Under the pieces are notes generated by a model that had not been told where the DNA came from, did no database searches, and saw only the letters and a program-made list of their open reading frames with translations. A DNA stretch of 64,000 nt from Macrostomum hystrix (taxonomy: Eukaryota > Animalia > Platyhelminthes). Within the stretch, counting starts at the first letter, position 1. Each line of letters starts with the position of its first letter. The DNA is taken from assembly GCA_950097015.1 (NCBI GenBank), contig CATNEN010000001.1, positions 19,902,001 to 19,966,000 on the forward strand, in the 5' to 3' direction. Shown here piece after piece: positions 13,535 through 23,966 of this stretch. The position numbers were made by a program, and so were the translations under genes.

Positions 13535-14668
13535 TCAACTGGGCAATATTGTCAACTGGGCATCATCATCAATGGGGAGTCATCATCAAATGGGGGATCA
13601 TTGTCAAGTGGGGTATCATTGTCAACTGGGTGAACATTGTCAACTGGGGGATCATTGTCAACTGGGGGATCATTGTCAACTAGGGGATCATTGTCAATTG
13701 GGTGAACATTGTCAACTGGGGGAACTTTGTCAACTGGTGGATCATTGTCAACTGGGGTATCATTGTCAACTGGGGGACCATTTTCAACTGGGTGGATCAT
13801 GGTCAACTAGGGGATTGTTGTCAACTGGGGGAAAATTGTCAAGTGGGGGATCATTGTCAACTGGGGGATCATTGTCAACTAGGGAATCATGGCCAACTGG
13901 GTGATCATTGTCAACTGGGGGATCATTGTCAACTGAGGGGTCATTGTCAACTAGGGGATCATGGCCAAATGGGGGATCATTGTCAACTGGGTGATCATTG
14001 TCAACTGGGGGATCATTATTTTCAACTGTGTGATCATTGTCAAGTGGGGGATCATTGTCAACTGGGTGATCATTGTCAACTGGGGGATCATTGTCAACTG
14101 GGGTATCATTGTCAACTGGGGGACCATTTTCAACTGGGGGGATCATGGTCAACTGGGGGATCATTGTCAACTGGGTGATCATTGTGAACTAGGTGATCAT
14201 TGTCAATTGGGGGATCATTGTGAACTGGGTGATCATTGCCAACTGGGGGATCATTGTCAAGTGGGTGATTATTGTCAACTGAGGGATCATTGTCAACTAG
14301 GGGATCATGGCCAAATGTGGGATCATTGTCAACTGGGGGATCATTGTCAACTGGGGGACCATTTTCAACTGGGGGGATCATGGTCAACTAAGGGATCGTC
14401 AACTGGGGTAAAAATGTTAAGTGGGGGATCATTGTCAACTGGGGGATTATTGTCAACTGAGGGATCATTGTCAACTAGGGGATCATTTTCAACTGGGGGA
14501 ACATTGTCAACTGGGGGAGCATTGTCAACTGGGGTATCATTGTCAACTGGGGGATCATTGTCAACTGGGGGATCATGGTCAACTGGGAATCGTTGTCAAC
14601 TGGGGGATCATCGTCAACTGCGTGATCATTGTCAACTGGGTTATCATTGTCAACTGGGTGATCATTGT
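13535..14668 (+). repeat. 18-bp minisatellite, more diverged copy
   Basis: Same unit as 5435-6543. Confidence 0.95.
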
Positions 14669-14761
14669 AGCTTAAGAAAGCTGAAAATACAGCTGCTAAA
14701 AAGTATATACAAGACGAATTTATAATATTTCTGCTCCCCGAAGGGGGGCAAAACATGCTAG

Positions 14762-15400
14762 TCCACTATACTAAAAATGGAATGCTTGCTTTTTATATAC
14801 TAAAAATGAAATGGTTGGTTACTTGCTTGTAATTGGTTTTCTCCCGAACGGCTCAACCGATTTTCGCCATTTCTTCACCAAAGGATGCCAAATATTGGGA
14901 AAATAATGATTTAGCTTAACTAACGTATTTTTATTAAGCTTAACTTTATTGCTAAGGGGATTAAATATTCGAAAAACTGTTTTAGATAGGATTTTTAGTG
15001 CATTACATACGAGCCAGTTTTGTTAAAAGTGAGTACCCTGATAAAAATTTCACTGTCAACCCCACTGGCGAGACAGTCAGTGCGAGTTTATTTATAAATA
15101 GATTGCATCACCGCTTTTCTCACCCGTGCCAGAATTTCACTGACTGCCGCTGAATTGGAATTGCATCGTCAACTTGCGCAACACCCCCTAGCTTACTGAG
15201 TTAGAAGCCTGCACGATCTGGACAGAACCTAAGTGTACTTTATTTGTACAAAGCCAGAACTTTGAGAATTCATTTTATAAGGCTAATTTTTGCATCCACA
15301 ATTCAACAGTCGGAGTAGCCGATGTGTAGGCACTAGGAATAGGTTAGGCTTCGATTCTGAGCTAAGCCATGATTCAGACGCTGGTTTAGCCATGATTCAT
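14762..15400 (+). mobile_element. Non-autonomous Helitron 5' core fused head-to-tail to the previous unit
   Basis: CTAG|TCCACTATACTAAAAATG junction. Core homologous to 3696-4225, ending in about two inverted 23-bp units. Confidence 0.7.
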
Positions 15401-15735
15401 TCATTCATGAACGAATGAAGAGTCCGATTGAGACGCGGTTTTCTGCAAACAAAACTTACAACTGTCTTATGTGACTGTAAAGTTTGCGTATCAGATGTTT
15501 AGCAGACGAGCGACAGTTTAGGCTTTGAAGGCTTTTTTGGGACACCCGGTATATCCATGAATTTCATTTCAATTACTAACAAACTGAAAGAAATTATCTG
15601 TACCAGTTAAGCACTTCGAGGAGAGTTACTCGTGTCATAAAAGAAGTCATAAAAATAAAAAAGGAATAATTCAACACAGGAGGCGCACCCGTCTGTTCCG
15701 ACATTCGCCAGGTCGGAAATAGCACGAAAGCGAAA

Positions 15736-16307
15736 TTACGGGTCGCACAAAATGTCATCGGGTAACTCCTCAACAGTTCCACCGTTCTCCACGTCAAGTT
15801 TCACCTCAAATGTATTGTACGCATTGTTGTAACGCGCGTCGGCAGCCGCTATCACGCCGCCTGAGATCGAAACCGATTTTCCAACAGAACATTTTGACCA
15901 AGCGACTGCCAGGTCACGGCCAAAAAAGCAGGCCTTTATTTCTGCTGTTGTGTCCATAAGCAGCATGGTAAAGAGCTCGCCAGTACCTTTGCGGCTAGCA
16001 TACTTGCGAATCTGTATAAGGGATCAGTTTCATAAATTCGATAAACGAGAAAGCAATGGAGTATTAATTGTCATTCATGCATAATCCGATCGCATTTATT
16101 TGAAGATACAATATACTATTCTCACGTGCATGCTATCATGGTTTAAGAAGATATAAAGAAAAATACCAAATTAGACGATAAGATATAAGTGCAGTACCGA
16201 TCATTCCTAATAGCTGTGAAAATGCATCTCACCTCATTTCGAAGCATGACCTTCGCGAAGATTGGCGAAGCTAGCTTTCCGCATGCTGTTATATCGAGGA
16301 TCTTCAT
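15736..16307 (-). CDS. Single OB-fold RPA70-like ssDNA-binding protein (~116 aa; exons 16307-16233 and 16011-15736)
   Basis: A phase-0 GT..AG intron joins MKILDITACGKLASPIFAKVMLRNE to IRKYASRKGTGELFTMLLMDTTAEIKACFF...SISGGVIAAADARYN...FEVKL, resembling the RPA1 DBD-A pattern (IR.W...GEGKLF...DESGEI.ATAF). Confidence 0.7.
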
Positions 16308-16734
16308 GAAAAATTAGCAATTGCTCCTTTAAATTTCAGTGATGTGAACCAATTCGTTTATTTTGGGGGTCTAAATCAAACTTCACGATATTAAGTACAC
16401 TTCATTTTATCAAGCTTGACTCAGTCAATAAATGCACATGCTTTTAAGCGGTTTATAGGCTGCACCTTACATGGTCATGCACTCTGAGTTTTACGCGCAC
16501 CTTCAGAAGGCGCGGTTCAGGTTATTGGACGACAGAGGCACTGGGGAGGGTTAGAAAGGGTAAGAAAATTCAGCGGCCTGCACTCATAACAGCCGTCGCA
16601 ACCCCTGTCTGCAGGCCATTCAAGAATAAGCATTATTTCCTATTGCGGTAAGCTTTATGTTCAGCCAATCAGAGATGAGGATAAGCATAAAACAAGATAC
16701 TAACCAATCCCAAAATTTCTTTGCTATCGTCTGA

Positions 16735-17575
16735 TTGGTCTGTCAACAAATGTCACTTCACATCTGTCTGCAGGATTGAACCAACAGCCCTCCCCAACTC
16801 CTCACTTAAGTGACAAGCCTTCACCAGGCATGCATGGACCGCCAGAGGGTTCGACTTATCTTTCTGCCCCTCGTGGCTGGGCCAATCCGTCGCAAATTCT
16901 TTGAGCTGCAAGCTCCAAACACTGTTCGAATACTCTAAAGCCTGTTCGAGTTCTCCAAACACTGTTCGAATACTCTAAAGCCTGTTCGAATACTCTAAAC
17001 CCAGTTCGAATACTCGAATACTCGAATACTCTGCCTATCTGTCACTCTCTCCATCTGTCACTCTCCATCTGTCACTCTCTCCATCAGGCACTCTCTTCGT
17101 CTGTCACTCTCCATCTGTCACTCTCTCTATCTGTCACTCTCTTTCATCTGTCACTCTCCCTATCTGTCACTCTCTCCTCTCATTGACACTATATCTCTCT
17201 GAGTGAAAAGCCGCTCGGCCAGCTTTTCTATTGACCCACAGTTTTAACAATCTCAGGTTTACAAATGATCTCCTGTTTGCAAACGATCTCCAGTTTACAA
17301 CGATCTCTAGTTTGCAGACGATCTCCAGTTTGCAAATGATCCAGTTTACAAATGATCCACATCTTACAAATGCCCCAAACCTGCAAATGCCTGTCTGCAA
17401 TAAATGTGAGTCACTTCACACCTGTCTGGCCAGCCTGGAGGATTGAAGCAACAGCCACACCAACTCCTCACTCAAGTGGAAAACTTTCAACCAATAAGAG
17501 TTAAACTGGAGGGTTTGACTATCTTTCTACCTCTCACGGCTGGGCCAATCAGGCGCAAATTATTTGAGCTGCAGG
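16735..17575 (+). repeat. ~180-bp direct repeats (16735-16910 and 17390-17575) flanking short tandem repeats
   Basis: Both share tcacttcaca.ctgtctg...ggattgaa.caacagcc...ctcact.aagtg...gctgggccaatc. The interior has ttcgaatactc, ctgtcactct and ~19-bp repeats. Confidence 0.7.
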
Positions 17576-18123
17576 GTCGGAACCGTACGGCTTAAGGCGT
17601 GTCAGCAAATTGGCGAAATCAGTCTCCATTCCCCTTGGCCTTATTCTAAATCTGACTAACTTGTGTCTATTAAAACATTTGCGCGCGGGCAAAGACAAAA
17701 TTACTTTTCCTTCGTTACCTTTAAATTCCATATAGCTTCTCTACAACCCATGAATCCTTACTACCCTTTCCCTCCTTTTCCTCCTCCTTTTCCTCCCTAA
17801 CCTTCCTACGCTCCCTACCCACCCTACGCTCCCTACGCTACCTACCCTCCCTACTACAACCAACCCAATTTATACCAAGCTCCGCCTCCGCCTCCGCCTC
17901 CGCCTCCGCCCCCAACGCCGCCTCCGCCTCATGTGCGTGGCTCTTTAAGGGAACGAATAGAAAGAATTAGAACCGTGAGGAGTGAGATTCGCTCGCGTAA
18001 GTCCTTCCCAACTACTGCTTGTGCAGAAATTGATTTGAATGTAAAATTTTTTTACTAATTCCTGGGCCATCTAGCAAAAATGCATTCATGTATACTCAGC
18101 AACAAAAAATATATATTTAATGC

Positions 18124-20431
18124 TGATGTGGAGTGTGCTGCGGGAATCGAGTGGGAATGTGAGCCAGCATAAATTTTCAAATTTTTAAAGTGTCTAATAA
18201 TTGCGACCCACATAGCAGCTGGCCGCAAACAAGATCATTAATATTAGGGCCGGGTTTGGGGCGGCGGTGAATTAAGTAGCCGTCGAATCCCCTTTCCTCG
18301 GATCTGTCTAGACCCCTGTAGGAATGACTGATCGCGGCCATAACTTCTATGGTATGAGTAGTTTAGGTCATAATTCCCCTCCAAACCGCGATCAGATATC
18401 GGGAATCACTCGGGCGTTATGAGTGATCATTAATTCTTCATGTCCCCACTTCTTTACAGTATTCGAACCCAGCTCGACTTTATGACCTCCCTCCTTTTAG
18501 ATACATGTAAATGTCACTGTAGTCAGGTCGGCGCCTGCGCTTCCCATTGTCCCGGCGGAGTAACAATCATTGGCCGACTGCCGACGGCTGTTCGAGCAGA
18601 ACATCTGTCGTTTCCCGCCGTCGGTTCATTGGGTAATCGGGGCGGCCCATCGCCGCTTCGATTCCCCGTTGACAGGCTGGCGCGAATGTGGGTTATTTTG
18701 ATGGATGTCGGGGTTAGTGTGCCGCAGGACTATTTAAGCAAGCGCGCTGCGCTGCTCCCTCTAAGACCTTCCCCCCAACCTTCCCCGACGGACTGGACCT
18801 CCTTTCCGACTCCGTTCGGACCGGACCGACCTCCTACTTCCACTTAGGGCTTAGACCCTAGAGCTATAAGCTCAGCTAAGTGTCCACAGGCACATTGCCT
18901 GATCCAATCCTTTGACAGTTCAAGCCACCTCTTTAGGTGAGCCTCAAATTGAGCTTTAGAGCTCCACTAGTGTGTTGGCCCCTGCCAGCTCATATTTAGC
19001 TTTTTCCCTTCTCTGCCTCCGCTACTTTAGCCCTACCTGTCCCCGAGAACGACAGGCCTGTGGCACGCAACCGGCACTCTGATAAGTAACCCGCGCAGCG
19101 GTTTTCTAATTGTTATTCCTAAGGGACTGTTCTTTAACTAGGCGGCACTTTAGTGGGAAGGGCACTAGGACTTTTTGGCTTAATAAATTAGTACAACTAT
19201 CGCCAAATCAATTGATCATAGGCCAATCTTTAATAACAATTTAAATCCTCTCTGCAAGTTATCTTCCATGTTTATTTTATCTCTTAGACAGCCCTCAGAG
19301 ATGAGTGGCTAAACTCTTAGGGGGTGGGATCTGGCGAGGCCGAGCTGAAGGCTGCGGCAGGAAGACAACTGTAAGCGCGCACAAGAGTAATAAGGAGCTA
19401 GGGATTCGCGAGTAAAATGCAGAATGTATCGTGTGCATTGCTGCCTAGGGGCGGGGGATTCCTTGGCCGGCTTTCCTCGCTCACTGGCGGATTCCAGTGT
19501 GCGCGTCAAATTCCTTTGCCAATTGAATTCTCCGACATTTCCCCGCCTCTCGTAACCGCGGCCATGGGAGCGAGAGGCGTGATCTAATAATCATCACTTG
19601 CGTAATCACTCAGCCAGTGTTCTGCTTAATCTCTCCAGCCTCTGATTTCCTCAACTCACGCAGATTCGATTTGTTAGTTACTTAATGTGTAGGCTGCAGT
19701 CTAATGTACGGAATGTGTCTGATGTCTCATGAGTAGGATTCGGGCTATGGATTTTCATTCGAGTTCTTAGTACCACCTTTCTAGACCCCTGTAGCGCGAA
19801 TTCAGGAATCCCCTGTTGAGGCGTGTCTCGATCCATTCTGGGGCTCTCACCCCAGTCTAAAACGGAAGTTGCAGAATGCCCTATCTTGTCTAGATCTGTG
19901 TGATGAACTGGGAGCTGTGTACTTCGGGGACCCAAGTTCCCAAATGTCTGCGATGGCAACGTAGGCGCATTGGGTGGTGGCGCTACCCGAGATCATTTTC
20001 CGCTTTGCCAATAGCCTTTCCGCATTTCTGTGACAAGAGCCTGGGCCGATTCGACCACCGCTACCAAGGTTAGGAGTCAGTTATTTACATGCTACTGACG
20101 ACAGTAGGCTCTCTAGCCATGTCCTGTCTGATTACGGATAGTCCGACACCTCACTTAGACTTTTAGCCGGTTTCGAGCATTGCTAGGGGTAGGCACGGCA
20201 GTCATGCCCGTGGCCTATGGGGCGAGTGGGACTGGCCAGCCTGAGGCCAATAGGACCACTCCCTGCATCCTTTGTACCTCCTCATCTCTCCCTTCATCCC
20301 TCCCTTCATCTTATCCCTCTCCGCGACAACTCGCGGGCAGCTACGCGATCGACCTCCGACTATATCGCCATTTCTCCACACTCCTATCTTTCGAGGGCGG
20401 TCATCGGCTTGCAGAAGACCCAACCATTTCA
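18124..20431. mobile_element. Solo LTR, family B (2.3 kb), with 4-bp TSD ATGC
   Basis: atgc|TGATGTGGAG...CCATTTCA|atgc. Colinear homolog at 43279-45548. Confidence 0.85.
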
Positions 20432-20682
20432 ATGCCTTTTGTAAAACTGAACATGCATTTGTATTACGTGCATGCAACCTATACCTTGTTGCATCGGTTG
20501 TTACTTGTTACAAACTATTATGTGTGGTTGCAAACGGTTCATGGGTGTGGTTGCAAATTGTTCCAGGTGTGGTTGTCTTTACACTGAATATTGGTAAATT
20601 GCTAGAGCACAATTTCTTAGAATGAGCACCTCTGTGTGTTCGGCCATGCAGGTCCATTTGGCTAGTTCATAAATATGCTGAT

Positions 20683-21338
20683 TATTGTACCTGTGGTATC
20701 GTGGCAGACAATTGGTAAAATGACCAAGACAGGAACTAGATTCTGAGAGGATCTTTTCCGGCCTCAACGCTGGTGCGTCGTCGCAGTGGAGCGACCCGGT
20801 AGTCAGGCTCCGAATGTCAAGTTCTCTCGTGCTTTCCTTTAATCGGACTACGTCCTATCTGTTCTCGTGGATCTTATGCTTGATCGGGCGGTACACCAGG
20901 CTTCAAAATGCTGTGTACGGCCTAGATCGGCAATAGACTTCTAAGATCTCAGAGGCAAGGTAAACGAATGCAAACACAAACGGTAAGCACAAACGCATGA
21001 AGAAATTTCAGTCCACACAGTGCCATCAATATAAAGAAATAGTGCTACCACGATACTAATACCATCTCAAGGATTCGTCAGACTGCTCTACTTATAGTAG
21101 GAGCATTTGAGCGTTGTTCTGCCAGTCTTCTTCCGAACTTAAGCGATTGCACCATGGTGTGCAATGTGACTCAGTGCGCAGACAGAGCTGGAACGAGAGA
21201 GAGAAAGCGGAGGGGGTGGCGAGCGGAGGTGACAGTGCACGGGAAACACTAACTACCTACACCCCAGCCCTCCCACAGACCTAGAACAGCCTGACTCACG
21301 GATTGCCTGGAGGCTGCTCAGCAGTCTACAGCACATCA
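20683..21338 (-). mobile_element. Solo LTR, family A, with 4-bp TSD TGAT
   Basis: tgat|tattgtacc...cagcacatCA|tgat. Homologous to 51208-51833. Orientation inferred from the polypurine tract next to the 55157 copy. Confidence 0.88.
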
Positions 21339-22517
21339 TGATTATAACATTTGTTGCGAAATTTCTATAAGAAAAAACTGAATATTGTCCCACATGTCAC
21401 CCAATTTTCAACTCCTTCAGTGGGGCTCTGCCGCCTCTGTCTCCGTAGTTGGTTGGCTAAGAAGTTGATGTTAATCGAAGAAGAAATTTGAAATTCCCTC
21501 TGCACAACCTCGAATTATCTTCTGCTTTTTGTCATGCTTGGTCACTGCTGCGTCTGGGCTTGTTGGTGTCAGTTGGTGGTACACATTTAGCTAAAATGGT
21601 GGCGAATGGCGGGGGCAACAAAGGTCCGTAGATCAGATTACATGTAGATCAGATCAGATTAGATTTTGGATCAGATTAGGCACCCTAACCAAAATTACTA
21701 ATTGTGTTACGCTTTTGCTCTTTTCAGTGATTATTTAAAAATGGCCGATGGTAATTGGTTCCTATAATTCGGCTCCTGTCATGCTATATCACGCCGGCTT
21801 ATATTTTCTGGCCTTTTTCAGTGCAGAGTTTTTCAAACTTTTTTCAAAACTTTTTTTATCAATGCGGTCTATTAGTTTTGCTGCTTAGTCCTGTCTGCTT
21901 TGCTTTTTGACACACCTTGTTGTTGTCGTTGCTACGATCTTTCTAAAATGTTGCACCTTTATATTGTTAAAGCCGACTCGCTGAGTTTCGTTGCTAGCTT
22001 TTTTCTATTCTATTCTCTATACTTTATTAAGCATGATTTGTTGCTCGTCCGTTTCATCGTGACACAGTATACTTTAATATTCATATTTTTGGCGCCGATT
22101 TGTTAATAACGTGTGCCGTTCAATGTTGCTAACTAAAATAAGTTATTGATTTTTTACCCTACTACGCAACCTCTAATAATCTGCCGAAGCGTGAGTAGCA
22201 GTGTGAGTTTCCGCACCATATGTTGTTGTCCCAACGTTCGTTCCAAAAAGTTTGAGTCCGTTCTTTAACAATGCAACTGTCCCTTGAATTAATTCTGAGG
22301 TCCCTGTACATTAAAATAAGTTGCAAGTTGCAATAGTAATACAAAATATGCATCGGAAGGAAATGCCTGCAGACCCCAACAGTCGGAAGATTTTGCTCGC
22401 AGACCCCTACCCAATTTTAGGATTTCCGTATGAACAATTGGGAATTCCGCTACTCATGGCCCTCAAGGCCACACTCCAGACCCAACCGTCTATGGCTCTA
22501 GCATATTAACTGCATTG

Positions 22518-22672
22518 GCAAAATCTTCCGGAAGGAATTGCTTCTATGTAAATCAATAGGACGCAAAATCTTCCGGAAGGAATTGCTTCTATGTAAATCA
22601 ATAGGACGCAAAATCTTCCGGAAGGGATTGCCTCAATGTAAATCCATAGGAAGCAACATCTTCCGGAAGGAA
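22518..22672 (+). repeat. Four ~45-bp tandem repeats containing the palindrome CTTCCGGAAG
   Basis: gcaaaatcttccggaaggaattgcttctatgtaaatcaataggac units. Confidence 0.9.
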
Positions 22673-23336
22673 GTGCATGCATACGTATCGCAAAAAGGCT
22701 GAATGACCTTTTTTTTGATCTCCCTAGTGTATTTCTAAAAATAGAACACCGTAGGTGGTCATTTCGCGAAAATACGGACGCATATACCAAATGACCTTTT
22801 TTTGATCTCCGTAGTGTATTTCTATAATTAGAACAGCTAAGCCTATGTCTTTTCGCAATCGAGCACTGCGGAGCATGTAGTCGTGTTTGCGAAAGTGCTA
22901 ATATATATCACTGTGTCCTTCATGCACCATATTTCATTGTACTTTCGCGAAAATACCTTGCCCTGTATTAACATTGCTACTTCACTTTAAGCATTTTGCG
23001 AAAACATCATCTAATGTAACTAAAGTACTTAAAGTGCTTTTGCAAAAAAATACTGTTCTACCTTCGTTTGAATACGTATCCGTATTTCGCGAAAATACAA
23101 ACAATAATAGTAATCAGCAGTACTATCTCTATTCCCTCAATAAATCTTATTGTTCTGTTAGACTGAATTATGAAATTCAGTCTACTACCTACTACCTATT
23201 ACTACCTACTCTACTATGAGTAGACAATATAGCATCGTTGAATATATTATGAGTTCGATATTATGCTATACAGTTTTTTTTTCGCGAAAAGTGACTCATC
23301 AATATAAATAACCAGATAACACACCAATCTTTTGCA

Positions 23337-23419
23337 AGTGATCTGGCATGCAGGTCTAAAGCATTCATTTTTAGTAGCAGTGGCTCGGGTTCGAATCCCA
23401 GTCGGCACTACGCATTTTT
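23337..23419 (+). ncRNA. tRNA-like Pol III cassette, left copy
   Basis: TATAAATA upstream, A-box-like TGGCATGCAGG-TCTAA, B box GGGTTCGAATCCC, T-run. No anticodon stem, and an internal T5 may truncate this copy. Confidence 0.5.
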
Positions 23420-23966
23420 CTCAATTTAAAAAATCTGCTAATAATTTACTACTAATTACTACCAAACTACTTTTTGTGAACCCCCATTAATATTAACGTT
23501 TACGGCATTTACCTTCTTTTGATAATGCCTTTACTTTTATATAGGACACATGTCTTTTCGCGAAAATACCACTAGAAACAGTAATCATATTAACACAAAA
23601 GTATTTTCGCAAAAAGACTGCATCAACCTTTGAGAATATATATGTACTTTCGCGAAAATAACTCTGGAATAATCAACACTTCTTTAAGTGATTTTTCAAC
23701 ATATAGATAGACATTCAGAAATCAAATAATTATTCGTGTTTTTGTTCATTTTCTGTTCGAAACTACCTACTCTACTATGAGTAGACAATATAGTAGCAAC
23801 GTTAAATTTATTTAGCATAATAGGCCCATAGACAAGTGCAAATTTTTAGTTCATGGGACAAACCGTGAGTACAGTCGAAGCGTTATAACAGCGGTAGCCG
23901 AGCGCGCTCGGTAATAAATCGAACAATTTTTTCTGTCTGTCATATAAGCAAATCGAAGCGAACGAA

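Larger units (their letters stand above)
6639..14761 (+). mobile_element. Tandem duplicate of the Helitron 3' half with a greatly expanded 23-bp array
   Basis: Restarts at tttagactaattttcagccagtag (equivalent to ~4226), has the same spacer and 18-bp array, and ends hairpin plus CTAG at 14761. Confidence 0.75.

Noticed and set aside
5450-14756. Long ORFs such as (QLGDHC)n, (VDNDPP)n and (STGGSL)n, also at 50.8 and 56.2 kb
   Set aside because: Translations of an 18-bp minisatellite that is open in several frames on both strands, with frequent frame slips.
15534-15552. Mariner-like TIR end (tttttgggacacccggta)
   Set aside because: No partner TIR or transposase found in the window.
23337-23419. 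Functional tRNA-Leu genes (also 40831-40913 and 41100-41182)
   Set aside because: No pairing anticodon stem, the middle region differs among copies, and the acceptor stem is imperfect.
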